DNA of 64,000 nt from positions 3,680,001 to 3,744,000 of the forward strand of contig CH464491.1 in the NCBI GenBank assembly GCA_000002445.1, read 5' to 3'. The DNA is from Trypanosoma brucei (taxonomy: Eukaryota). Position 1 is the first letter of the stretch. Each line of letters opens with the position of its first letter. The notes under the pieces were generated by a model. That model did not search any database. It was given only the letters and a program-made list of their open reading frames with translations, and was not told the DNA's origin. The translations under genes and the position numbers were made by a program. Shown here piece after piece: positions 21,694 to 31,780 of the stretch.

Positions 21694-24468
21694 ATGTCTT
21701 TTCTTGTGTATGCCGTTGATGGTGCCGACCGACTGACACTCCTCGGACCTCCAACACCCGAGGGCCCAAATCTTAAGCAAGTGGCATTAAGTTACATTCA
21801 AGCACCGAAGGTGGCGAAGCGGAACGCCACTGGTGAGTTCGGTTCTGAGGATCCCTGTGCGTTTGAGGCGGTGGAGTTGATTCGTAATACATTTATTGGT
21901 AAGCCCGTAAAATTTTCGGAGGACTATGTAATTGACGTATTGCAAAGGCGAGCAGGGAGATTAACACTTGTTGACGGGGAAGATGCATCAATCCTACTGT
22001 TGCGCAATGGCCTTGCCACCGTCCCTGAACGCATTCCCCAACGCATGGACAAGGAACTGTTTGCAAAGTACACCAAACTCATGAGCGAAGCGAAGGCGGC
22101 GAAGAAGGGTATTTTTGCCCCTTCTGCCTCAAGCCGCGTGCGCACGCTCACTGACTTGAGCCCAGAGGAGAAGATAAAACTTGCAGAAAAACTAAAAGGA
22201 AAGGAGGCTCTGGTGCGCCTTGAGCATGTGCTGCTTCCAACTGTCCTTGTTGTATCAGGAGGGGATTTTGGCGATGCACAGGTTACTGTGCACATGCCGG
22301 GCGTTACGGTGAAGGACCCCGACTGTGAAACTGTATCTCGTGAAAGCCGATACCACGTGGAACGATTTTTACTGCACCGGAGAGTGAAAATCCTCTTTGA
22401 GGGTGCCGATGGTTACGGAAACATTCTCGGTTCCGTCACTTCGTCAAAAGGTTGCTTCCAACAGGAACTGCTTTCTCGCGGGTTGGTGAAGCTTAACGGC
22501 AATACGCTGGGGAGCACGAAGTTTGCCGCTGATATGGAAACTGCTGAGAAGGAGGCTCGTGAGAAGTGCGTAGGGATGTGGAAAAATCGTGGTGAATCCG
22601 GTGCTAGAGTCCCTCTCAAAGTGGTTGGTGGGGCCGGTGTTTCTACCGCAGCTGCAACGGGAGGTAGCAGTGCTTTGCCAGTTTCCAACGCCGCCACTGC
22701 AGCTACGGTGGTATATAAAGGGCCCACACAATTTACCGCCTCAATCGTTCAGATTATCACCGGTGACACACTTGGTGTGCGACACGAGGAAAGCGGAGAA
22801 CTGATCCGTGTGTCACTTGCCGGCGTGCGTTCTAGCAAAAATATCACTCGAGAACAAGATGGGCGATCCCCCGAAACTCGTGTCACTTACGGTGATTATG
22901 AGTGGGAGGCCCGTGAGTTCCTGCGGGTGCATTTTGCTGGCAAGCGGGTAACAGTAAAGGTTGAGTACTGCCGCCAAATTGCTGAAACGGGAGAAGTTCG
23001 ACCAGTGGCTCTGATTACCGTTCTCGAAACAGGGGAGAATGTGGGTTCGGCGTTGCTTGAGACTGGTTATGTTAACTTCTTCCTCGGCAGAAATGATATA
23101 TGTTCGGCGGCGGCAGAGTTACAATGCGCCAGCGAAAGGGCGGAAGCAAAAGGTGTTGGTGTACATGGTAAGGCCCCGGCCCCGGTAGTGAAGGTACTCG
23201 AGTTGGTTCACTTAGGGAGTGCGCGTGGAAAGTACTACCTGAGCTTTCTTCAGCGTGGGATGCAAGGAAATCGGCCACCGGTGCTGAAGGGCATCGTCGA
23301 TGTTGTAATTGGTGGCAGCTCCCTTCGCGTGTTTGTCCCGAGGGAACACTTTCAGATACCGGTGAAGGTGGCTGGTATAATCACACCCATGGGAGCAGCT
23401 GGTGGATCATCGGAAGGCGGTGAACCGTTCGCTGAGGAGTCCAAAAGATTTGCCGTAGACAAACTTCAACACATGGAGGTTGGCATTCAGGTGCACGCAG
23501 CGGACAAGGTGGGGAACTTCATTTCGTCAGTGACGCTCCCTGATGGCACTAATTTTGCTGTGGCTATGGTGGAGATGGGTTTTGCAACCGTTGCGAATGC
23601 CGATCGCCTCCCGCACAATCAACAGCTTCTCGAGGCTGAGGCGAAAGCGAAGGCGGAGAAGAGAAACATCTGGTCAAATAACTCATCCGTCCCCCAACGT
23701 GCCGCAAAGCTCGAAGCACAGAAAATTCGGACAGGTCCCATACGTTACACCTCATCGAGTGGTCCCAAGGCCGAGTTCCAGCAGTACATGCTTTCCGAGG
23801 TTGGTGAGAATGGTTATTCCGTTTACTTGCAGGAGGCAACTGAGGATGTTGAGAAGAAATTGTTCACGATGCAGGACCTTCTCGGGCAGATTTCTTCCAG
23901 TAGCACGGAATACAAGCCAAAGAAGGGTGAGCTCGTGGCTGCACTGTACAAGACAGACAAAACATGGAATAGGGCCAAGGTGGTCCAAGTCAGCAAGAAG
24001 GACCCAACTGTCACGGTTTGTTTCGTTGATTTCGGAACAAAGTCAGAGATTCGTTTGAAGGATGTTCGTGCGATACCGCGTGGACCAGAGTTTGCCATCG
24101 CGCGCGATTCAGCCCCACTTGCTCGCCTTGTGAGACTCGCGTTCCTGAAGTCAAAGATTCATACTGAAGCATACATTGACTACGCTTGTGACATCGCTTA
24201 CGAGTACACGGATGGACCTGTTGTTGCTAAGGAGGTTTATCAGGACCCTGAGGGTAATGTTTACTGCATTGTAAGTACAAGTGAGAATTCGAATTCCCTC
24301 AATGAGGTGCTGCTTCAGCGGGGTGCTGCGGTGCTCGATCGGGCTGCGGAAAGTGTTGATCCTGAAGGGCATAAGCGCCACGTTACTGCGCAGAATGTTG
24401 CAAGGAAAGGCCACAAGGGGATGTGGCAATATGGTGATATTGATAACGAAAGCGACGAGGATAACTGA
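21694..24468 (+). CDS. TSN: Tudor staphylococcal nuclease (Tudor-SN / SND1-like)
   Basis: 924 aa with repeated staphylococcal-nuclease-like (SNase) domains. The Tudor domain segment is KKGELVAALYKTDKTWNRAKVVQVSKKDPTVTVCFVDFGTKSEIRLKDVRAI. A partial C-terminal SN domain follows. This is the classic 4xSN + Tudor-SN5 architecture. Confidence 0.9.
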   Translation: MSFLVYAVDGADRLTLLGPPTPEGPNLKQVALSYIQAPKVAKRNATGEFGSEDPCAFEAVELIRNTFIGKPVKFSEDYVIDVLQRRAGRLTLVDGEDASILLLRNGLATVPERIPQRMDKELFAKYTKLMSEAKAAKKGIFAPSASSRVRTLTDLSPEEKIKLAEKLKGKEALVRLEHVLLPTVLVVSGGDFGDAQVTVHMPGVTVKDPDCETVSRESRYHVERFLLHRRVKILFEGADGYGNILGSVTSSKGCFQQELLSRGLVKLNGNTLGSTKFAADMETAEKEAREKCVGMWKNRGESGARVPLKVVGGAGVSTAAATGGSSALPVSNAATAATVVYKGPTQFTASIVQIITGDTLGVRHEESGELIRVSLAGVRSSKNITREQDGRSPETRVTYGDYEWEAREFLRVHFAGKRVTVKVEYCRQIAETGEVRPVALITVLETGENVGSALLETGYVNFFLGRNDICSAAAELQCASERAEAKGVGVHGKAPAPVVKVLELVHLGSARGKYYLSFLQRGMQGNRPPVLKGIVDVVIGGSSLRVFVPREHFQIPVKVAGIITPMGAAGGSSEGGEPFAEESKRFAVDKLQHMEVGIQVHAADKVGNFISSVTLPDGTNFAVAMVEMGFATVANADRLPHNQQLLEAEAKAKAEKRNIWSNNSSVPQRAAKLEAQKIRTGPIRYTSSSGPKAEFQQYMLSEVGENGYSVYLQEATEDVEKKLFTMQDLLGQISSSSTEYKPKKGELVAALYKTDKTWNRAKVVQVSKKDPTVTVCFVDFGTKSEIRLKDVRAIPRGPEFAIARDSAPLARLVRLAFLKSKIHTEAYIDYACDIAYEYTDGPVVAKEVYQDPEGNVYCIVSTSENSNSLNEVLLQRGAAVLDRAAESVDPEGHKRHVTAQNVARKGHKGMWQYGDIDNESDEDN

Positions 24469-25077
24469 TTTTTTCCCCTCCTCCTCCCCTCTCGTATCTG
24501 GTGGTTTGACAAATTATTGAATGAGACACCAACGAGGGGTGAAGCGTAGGACGTGTTAACGACGGGGAAACTTTATTTGGATTCCTGGGTGTCTTTTTTT
24601 TTTTCTTCTTTTTGTTTCTGTACCCTTGTCACATTTTTTTTCGCATATCTTTGTGAAGGAGTCTGGTCACGCCTTCACAGAAGTTTTCGGATACGTGCAC
24701 GGATAACTCTAATTTGTTTCCCTTCCCTTTTCAATTATTTGTGGAGCTACTATACCTTGAAGTGCGCTCCTATTCTGCGGGGGGGGATTTTTTTTTTTTT
24801 TTGAGGTGAGGTAATTTTTTCGCACATTTTGTGCGCTCGGCCCCTTTCCTATACCTTTGTTAAAAAAAATATGAAGGGGGGATATTGCATGAATTGTATC
24901 AAACGGTGAAGAAAACATATTTTTTGAAATATGCTTTCTTGATTCTTTCTTTGTCTTTATTTATTTTTTTGATTTGCTGTAGCGAAGAGGTATCTTTGTG
25001 AAGGAGAAGGAAACATTGTTGTGCCTTTTTTTTTCGTAGTTGATCGAGCAAAAATCGTTCGAAAAGATAGAAATTAC

Positions 25078-25821
25078 ATGTCTGCAATCCCTTACTTGCA
25101 AAAACAACTTCATGAGCTTACGACGTGCCCGCCAGCAGGGTTTCGTATAGAGTCGGAAGATATTTATGTGTGGACCGTTTGGTTTACTGGACCTCAGGAA
25201 ACTCCTTACGCCCCTGGTGTTTACCGTGCTGAGCTGCGGTTCCCCAAAGACTTCCCGATGGAGCCCCCAACCTTTAAAATGTTGTCAAGCATTTGGCACC
25301 CGAATGTTTATCCCGATGGTCGTGTGTGCATTTCTATTCTTCATCCACCCGGAGAGGATGAGATGAACAAAGAGGAGACTGCCATGATGCGGTGGACGCC
25401 AATTCAGACTATACGGTCCGTACTTCTTTCTGTTGTTTCACTTTTTAGCGACCCCGATCCCAAGGACGCCGGGGCCCCGGCCAATGTTGAAGCCTTAGTG
25501 CAATACCGCAAGAACCGTGAAGAGTTCAATGAGCACTGCCGTCGGCTAGCAAACAAGTCGCTGTCGGAGCTTCCGGAAGATTTTGTGCCCATTCCTCAAG
25601 AGGAACCACCCGAGCGACCTACAAACTACGCTGCCTCCATAGCAATGGGGTATGATGACGACTACGAGGTGGTGGTGTGCGATGCTCAAAATAAGTTTCC
25701 TGACGAATTGAGGCAAGTACGGGAAATGGCTCTTGCACCTGATAAGTCTGATGCTGAACTTATTGATATGCTCATTAAAGTGAAGGGTGACGTGGCAACT
25801 CTAATGGAGGCATTGATGTAG
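25078..25821 (+). CDS. ubiquitin-conjugating enzyme E2, UBC7/UBE2G-type, with C-terminal UBA/CUE-like extension
   Basis: UBC core with HPNVYPDGRVCISILH (active-site Cys). The acidic loop insertion HPPGEDEMNKEETAMMRWTPIQT is diagnostic of the UBC7/UBE2G subfamily. An extra ~90-aa tail ends in DELRQVREMALAPDKSDAELIDMLIKVKGDVATLMEALM, which looks like a UBA/CUE-like three-helix motif. The track start is GTG 25021. The first ATG is at 25078 (MSAIPYLQKQL). Confidence 0.88.
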   Translation: MSAIPYLQKQLHELTTCPPAGFRIESEDIYVWTVWFTGPQETPYAPGVYRAELRFPKDFPMEPPTFKMLSSIWHPNVYPDGRVCISILHPPGEDEMNKEETAMMRWTPIQTIRSVLLSVVSLFSDPDPKDAGAPANVEALVQYRKNREEFNEHCRRLANKSLSELPEDFVPIPQEEPPERPTNYAASIAMGYDDDYEVVVCDAQNKFPDELRQVREMALAPDKSDAELIDMLIKVKGDVATLMEALM

Positions 25822-25918
25822 CCGTATTTGTTTACGCAGACATGAGCTGCGTGACAGAAGAAGTGTTCGTGCAGAGCAAGGGTACAGAGCGGAAATAAAT
25901 TGTGTATATGTATGAGGA

Positions 25919-25957
25919 TATATATATATATATATATATTTGTGTGTGTGTGTGTGT
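25919..25957 (+). repeat. (TA)n-(TG)n compound microsatellite
   Basis: tatatatatatatatatatatttgtgtgtgtgtgtgtgt lies downstream of the E2 gene. Confidence 0.85.
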
Positions 25958-26480
25958 AACATAATGGTGCAGGGATGTAACAGATAAAAGGGAAAGCAAT
26001 AAGAAGGTAAAAAAGAAAAAAAAATAAAAAAAATAGGTGATGTGGGGAAAGGTGAGAGATGTTGGAGGAAAACAATGTCAAACAGTAGTTTCACTATTGT
26101 GACCAAAGTGCACATAACCTGTTCACTCATCCCTTGTAACCTTCTTCAACTTATTGTTGCAATAGCGCTGAACGGGCGGGAGCTTCTCACGTTTCCGTTT
26201 TTAGGGCTATGACGTTATCTCAACACTCACAACCCTAAAATCACCGGGTACTTCTACCACCTTCTTCCCGTTTCCTCTTTTTTTTGTTTTTACTGATGTG
26301 ACGCCATCATCATTTTTCCTGTTCAAGAAATGAAGACTCTGACAATTGCTGGTTCTTTTTTTGAGGTCTTTTTTTTTTTTTGTGTTTCCTTTTGCGCACA
26401 CGCGGAAGATGACGTCTTTTGAAGCGATGAGCGGAAAGGAGGGGGAAAAAGAAGGCGGGATGCAACGGATGAGATGCGAA

Positions 26481-26500
26481 ATAAATAAATATAAATATAA

Positions 26501-26537
<37 letters not shown>
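26481..26537 (+). repeat. (AAATAT)5-(AT)n compound repeat
   Basis: aaataaataaatataaatataaatataaatataaatatatatatatatatatatata read directly. Confidence 0.85.
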
Positions 26538-27124
26538 CGACCCTCATATCAGAGGTATTACGTTGACCCAATTGTCAGTACAGAGTGAGGGACAATAAGT
26601 GAAGGTTGCGGTTTTTTTTCTTAAAAGTTTCGTACTCATATTTTACTTTCCCCCCCTCCCCACACCTTTATGTCAATATCTGCACGTGTGTGCTTAAATG
26701 AAACAGAGCGGGCTTGGAAGAAAAGGATAATGTGGAGACAGGGGTAAGGTAGAAATACTGGTATGTGTGAAAGTGCTGGTGCGTAGACTGAGAAAAATGT
26801 GCAAAACATAAAGTAATGAGGGAGTAAAGAGATGATGGATTGTTAGGAAGATCCGGGGAGAACGCAACTTAGAGAACAGGAAAAATAAATATAAATAAAT
26901 ATATGTATTCGATGTGTGAGGAGGTGTGAAATGGTTTCATTCGCCTGTCAAATATAGTTTGAGTTGATTCTTTCCCCCCTCTCCTTCTACTCGTTGCTGA
27001 TTTTGATGACAATTTTTTAAGTTTTAACTTTCTTACTCCGCCTTCTCCCCCTCGTCATTGGTGCCGCTTCCGTTGGAGCGGTGTGCAACACTTTCGTGTA
27101 AGCCAGTTTGCGCGGATGTTAACT

Positions 27125-27249
27125 ATCCCACTACCTTTGTCCCTTGTTTATTTTCGCACTGTACTCCTCATTACTGCGTTTCCTTGCAATTATTTCGCCT
27201 GCGCGAACGACACCGAACGTCTTCCCCCCTTTTTTCTTTGCCTTCGCAC
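27125..27249 (+). promoter_or_regulatory. extended polypyrimidine tract plus AG upstream of calpain-like gene
   Basis: About 120 nt are strongly C/T-biased (ccactacctttgtcccttgtttattttcgcactgtactcctcattactgcgtttccttgc...cttccccccttttttctttgccttcgcacag), ending in AG 11 nt before ATG 27260. Confidence 0.45.
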
Positions 27250-27259
27250 AGCTTCACGC

Positions 27260-30200
27260 ATGTCACAAAGATCGAGGAAAGTTCCCACGGAAGGTGGTGT
27301 TTTATCTGTTAACAGCGGAAGCGGTCTTGCAATATGGAACGAATTACAGATACAACAGGAAAATTGGGGCGGTAATTTGGGTTTGCCGGCGAGGGAGCCT
27401 GGTGCCGTAGTGGAACTCGCCAGCACAGAAGGGAAAATTGTAGTGTCGACCGATCCGGAGCAGCGTAACATTTTCAAGGAGTGTATTTTGGGTTTGAGTG
27501 GTTCTGTAGGGGATATCACGTGTACAGATTTCGAGGTGAATTGGAAGCGACCGGTGGAGATATTCGCTCCGTTTCGCCCTCTAGTGCACCGTAATGTGAC
27601 TCCCTTTTTTGATCCGTACGATACGGAGCGGGTGATTGGTAGTAGGGTTCCAGCTATGACGTCTCCTTCACGAAGGGCGGATTCAAAATCAAGTGCGGCA
27701 GCAATTCCTTTGCACATTCAGTTCCCTGAGATTGTGACGACCGCAGAGTTTCCCACTCCTGAAGCCCCTGCCACTGAATCACTGGCTTTCTCTGAGGAGG
27801 GGGTTGTTGGGCAATACCGCAAGGTACAACCTCTAACGCAGGCTTATGATGTCGGCCTTGAATTGGGTTGCGCAGCAACGCCTGCGGAGGCTTGCGGGTC
27901 GCGCTACAGCACGGACCTTCGCCGCCGGCTTAACCAAGCGGATGCTATTTCTCGCTTGTCAGAACCTCCACCGTTTGTGATGGACGCTTTCAACACTGCA
28001 ATCCGATTTGTTGAGAGTGAACAGAACATCTTAACGAAGGGGAACTACTTGTGGGAGCTGATCCACCCACATGCCCCAGGGACGTGCCACCCGGTTTACA
28101 ACCCATATGGAAAATACGTTGTTCGACTTTTCATTGACGGCTACTTTCGTCAAGTGCCGATTGATGACTATCTCCCCGTGGATGCTCTTGGTCGGCCATT
28201 TTTCAGCGTTACGGCGCAAAAAGAAATTTGGCCGGCACTCATCGCGAAGGCTCTCTTCGTGGCTTTGGGCCCAAACAGACATTTACTCTTTACTGACTCG
28301 GAGGCCATCATCGCATGTTTGTTAGGTGAATGGGTGCCGCAGCGTATTAACCCTCGAACTCAACCCGCAACGGCATGTGCACTGTTATTGAATGCCCGAA
28401 AAGATCAGTTGTACAACGACAGTGACGCGACGCACTTCTCGGCGTCCCAGGTGCTCACTCCGGACAAGGATAAGGGTGTTTCAGTGAGCACACAAGAACA
28501 GTGTAACACATCTCCTTGGGTGGATAACCAAATTAATGAGAGACCGGCTAGCCAAAGTAAGCGGGCGTCAAGACTGGAGACATCCTTTGCAAACGGCGCG
28601 AACAGTCCCTTGAGTTACGACATATCGGTTACTAACGTTCCAGCCGTTCCTGAGACTCCGGTTATTTGTGCTGTTGGAGTTCTGCCACATGACATGCGGA
28701 AATTGTACGTAATACACAAAGTAGTTGTTTTTCGGGATACCCTGGCCCTGAAAATTTCGACGAACCCACCATCAAGCATTATAGAACCGAAGGAGCTCAC
28801 ACTAGATAATAAAGACGAGGCAGTGCAGGGCTTGCTGCACCATCCATCTTGCGGTGATTTGGATCAAAGGGGAACCGGTTGGGCGGCATCTCAAGAATCA
28901 GCGGTGGCGTCATCCGCGTTTTGGGTCACCTTTGAGGAATTGGCAGAGTCACTAGACATAATAATTTGGCGGCAACTAGGTCAAGAGAGTCCATTTACAT
29001 TTAATAGTCGAATTACCTATACAGATACTTCAAGTCATCCCAGGAAAAAGGGTGCCGCTTCTGCTGCAGCCGCTGCAACTACTGTGGCACGACAGACTGT
29101 CGTTCGGTGGATGCACATATCATCCAAAGCCCCAGAGCAGATTGCCATTGTTAATCTTGGGGGAAGCGCATCATGTCGTGCTGCAAGTGCTGTAATTGGT
29201 TCTCCCACCCCTTCTTTATTGGCTGCGGCGCACCAAACTCCGGCGCTGTCGATGATGGGGAGCGAATCGAGCCAGCTGAAAGCATTATCGGGAGAAGGGA
29301 GGGAGGTGCATCTCGATTTGTACAGGTGGGATCGAGGTGATGTGTTATGTCGTGCGGCCTCTTTTGCGTGCGAACCGAGTAGGCTAGAATGCATGCTCCA
29401 CACTGTACCGGCCGGTTCACATGTGTTTCGCGTGACGGTTGTTGGACTAGAACCCCAGGAAGTAGTGGGCCTGTTTTCGACACGGAATTTTATACTAGGA
29501 GACGAAAAGGAAGCTCTTCGCTCAGCTAATATATTCAAAATGAGTGATGCAGGTGCTCATCCCGGGGTGGAAAAACCCAATGAAGAAGTTATATGGTTTA
29601 AGCACCGCTTTGCGGTGAAGGAACCAACAATTGTCTCCTTTGTTTTGAGCACGCTCGAAAGCGGTGAAGAGCTTTCGATGTACCGAGATATGCCTGGGGC
29701 TAGCGGGAAAGAGTCGAAGGGAGTTAAAACGCGCAACACAAACGTAAGGTTACATTCAAAGGAGGCTGCCGAGGGTTCCCCCCCGCGGGGGGCGCACGCA
29801 GAAATTATACCGTACTGCAACGTTTTGTTGGTGGATTTGGACGCGGGTACTTCAAAGCGTGGGGCGGTAGGCCATCTCGTGCGGCAGCGTATTGAACCCA
29901 ATCAGAGGGGATATCTTGTTATGGCCTATGCGTTGGTTGAGGCGGACTCCATCTCATTTTCGTTGAAACCGGCAGATTTGTGTGCCGACTCTCCTTTAGA
30001 ATATGGCTCGCCACGTGAGAAGGAAACCAATGGTCTCTCTCCATGCGGCGACAAAGGCCCCTTAACCCCCTTTGGAGTGAGACCGCATCTCTTTTCAAAG
30101 GGATGGTGGCGGCTTGTGGTGCTTTCTAGCGTTCCATTAGATTCATACAGGGCAATACCCAAAGATACGTGGTCGTTTGCCGAAAAGGGGCAACTTAAGC

Positions 30201-31630
30201 AAGGATCTAACGCCCTGCTCTTTTCCTACGCATGCACCGTGTCGGATCGTACGGATATTACTTTACTTCTTGATGTTCACTCACAGAGACCCATTCCGTT
30301 TCGTATCAAAATATTTCGTGCCGGTGTTGAAGGTCCACCAGTGTTTGTCTCCGAGGAGTGTGTTAACCACCTCTTTGTCCCACACGTTGCTGTGGACGTT
30401 CCTGAAAAGGTGAAAAACGTCGCGTATATTATCGAGGCGTGGTTAGATAAGGAGAAGGTGGAGGAGTGGGAGCGTATGCGTCGTCTGTCTCAGGAGTTAA
30501 AGTTTCTGCTTGCGGCTGAAGCAGCCAGAGTGAAGGCGGAAATGAAGCAACAGAAGGAGCTTCAGGAGTATCATGAGGATCCTCGTGCTTTTAAAGAACG
30601 TCTTTTGAATCAAGAGATGGGACCGGTCGAGAACCTTGTTCCGACTCCTTTAAGGGAACAAATGTCAGTGTCGTCTAAAAAAGGTCGACCATCTGTAGAT
30701 AAGCGCAGGACGCTGAGTAACGCTGCGCCCAGTAGGCAAACGATTGTGAGGACCTCTGTAACACCCTCCACGCCAGCCAGTGCCGTCGCCGTCCACATCG
30801 ATTCTATTGATCCCGAGCTTGTGGTAACTTATGACCTCAGGCTCTATTTTTCCGCAAAAACTGATGTCAAGTGTGTGGCCACTGGTAAGGATCCTCTGAC
30901 GACTATGCGGGGCCTTTGGGTTCCACCAATTGATCCTCTTTTTGGGGAAGCCCCTCCGCTCTCCGGTGGTCGCTCGGGAGGGCAGCGTGGGAAGCAGAAG
31001 GATTCTTCTCCATCTCCTGAAGAATTATACAAGGCGGATCAGGGCCGTTTGAGCCGTCAAAATTTTCTTGAAAATCCCAGGAACCTCCTTTTTCCATATC
31101 TTCCACAGGGTGAAAAGATACGAGGGGTTGAGGAGAGCGCGCCGAACGCATTAGCAAGCACCCCTTCCATAGCGTTAGTGGTTGGGGTAGAGGATGAGCC
31201 CAACTTTTTGCATGCCCCTATTTTGGATGAATCAGCCCATCGTGTTCAACATTTCTCTCTGTACGCTACGGAAGTGGTACCACCAACGCACGGTTCACCA
31301 ACGCAGAGCGCTTCCGGTGTTCCTTTTCTGCGAACTCGGTCCCCCAACGGCCGAATTGCACCGCCAACCTTTGGGAACAATCCGCCTCCGACGGATGATG
31401 ACGCTCTTGCAATTGAACTGAAGACGCCGGTAAACGAAGTGTGTTTGTGGCTTGGTGAGGAACTCAGGCGGCAAGAGGAAAGACGTGCGGAATGCAGAAA
31501 TGGAATAAAAACCCTAATGCGCGAATATTGGGAAACTCGAAAACCCGGAGCCGCAGTACTGGCGCTTCCCCATGCGAGGGAAGATGAGGGCAACAAACGA
31601 CCGAGACCACGCTCGAAGATGTCGAGCTAA
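27260..31630 (+). CDS. calpain-like protein with degenerate catalytic residues (large multidomain)
   Basis: GNYLWELIHPHAPGTCHPVYNPYGKYVVRLFIDGYFRQVPIDDYLPVD...KEIWPALIAKALFVALG follows the calpain protease-core pattern (W..LLEKAYAKL and Y.F.F...GEWVEVVIDDRLP). The QGxLGDCWLLAA Cys motif and the GHAY/NPWG His/Asn motifs are not conserved. The track start is GTG 27083. I prefer ATG 27260 (MSQRSRKVPTEGG). It is preceded by a poly-Y tract at 27125-27248 and an AG at 27248. ATG 27116 is an alternative. Confidence 0.72.
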   Translation: MSQRSRKVPTEGGVLSVNSGSGLAIWNELQIQQENWGGNLGLPAREPGAVVELASTEGKIVVSTDPEQRNIFKECILGLSGSVGDITCTDFEVNWKRPVEIFAPFRPLVHRNVTPFFDPYDTERVIGSRVPAMTSPSRRADSKSSAAAIPLHIQFPEIVTTAEFPTPEAPATESLAFSEEGVVGQYRKVQPLTQAYDVGLELGCAATPAEACGSRYSTDLRRRLNQADAISRLSEPPPFVMDAFNTAIRFVESEQNILTKGNYLWELIHPHAPGTCHPVYNPYGKYVVRLFIDGYFRQVPIDDYLPVDALGRPFFSVTAQKEIWPALIAKALFVALGPNRHLLFTDSEAIIACLLGEWVPQRINPRTQPATACALLLNARKDQLYNDSDATHFSASQVLTPDKDKGVSVSTQEQCNTSPWVDNQINERPASQSKRASRLETSFANGANSPLSYDISVTNVPAVPETPVICAVGVLPHDMRKLYVIHKVVVFRDTLALKISTNPPSSIIEPKELTLDNKDEAVQGLLHHPSCGDLDQRGTGWAASQESAVASSAFWVTFEELAESLDIIIWRQLGQESPFTFNSRITYTDTSSHPRKKGAASAAAAATTVARQTVVRWMHISSKAPEQIAIVNLGGSASCRAASAVIGSPTPSLLAAAHQTPALSMMGSESSQLKALSGEGREVHLDLYRWDRGDVLCRAASFACEPSRLECMLHTVPAGSHVFRVTVVGLEPQEVVGLFSTRNFILGDEKEALRSANIFKMSDAGAHPGVEKPNEEVIWFKHRFAVKEPTIVSFVLSTLESGEELSMYRDMPGASGKESKGVKTRNTNVRLHSKEAAEGSPPRGAHAEIIPYCNVLLVDLDAGTSKRGAVGHLVRQRIEPNQRGYLVMAYALVEADSISFSLKPADLCADSPLEYGSPREKETNGLSPCGDKGPLTPFGVRPHLFSKGWWRLVVLSSVPLDSYRAIPKDTWSFAEKGQLKQGSNALLFSYACTVSDRTDITLLLDVHSQRPIPFRIKIFRAGVEGPPVFVSEECVNHLFVPHVAVDVPEKVKNVAYIIEAWLDKEKVEEWERMRRLSQELKFLLAAEAARVKAEMKQQKELQEYHEDPRAFKERLLNQEMGPVENLVPTPLREQMSVSSKKGRPSVDKRRTLSNAAPSRQTIVRTSVTPSTPASAVAVHIDSIDPELVVTYDLRLYFSAKTDVKCVATGKDPLTTMRGLWVPPIDPLFGEAPPLSGGRSGGQRGKQKDSSPSPEELYKADQGRLSRQNFLENPRNLLFPYLPQGEKIRGVEESAPNALASTPSIALVVGVEDEPNFLHAPILDESAHRVQHFSLYATEVVPPTHGSPTQSASGVPFLRTRSPNGRIAPPTFGNNPPPTDDDALAIELKTPVNEVCLWLGEELRRQEERRAECRNGIKTLMREYWETRKPGAAVLALPHAREDEGNKRPRPRSKMSS

Positions 31631-31730
31631 ATGTATGTGGTTGGGAAAAGTTTACCGATTTGTGACACCTTTTTCCCCTTTTCTTTTTATTTTTAGACCG
31701 GTGGAAGCGTGCCATCGTACAACAGCGTCG

Positions 31731-31780
31731 CTATTATTATTATTATTATTATTTGTGTGTATGTGTGTGCGTAGGTGTGT
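31731..31780 (+). repeat. (ATT)n-(GT)n microsatellite
   Basis: ctattattattattattattatttgtgtgtatgtgtgtgcgtaggtgtgtg lies downstream of the calpain-like gene. Confidence 0.8.

Noticed and set aside
27190-29538. Minus-strand ORFs (27190-27717, 29035-29538, 29151-29483) inside the calpain-like gene
   Set aside because: They are antisense to a long + strand CDS that has family similarity. Their compositions are Ser/Arg/Pro-rich, and all other genes here are on the + strand.
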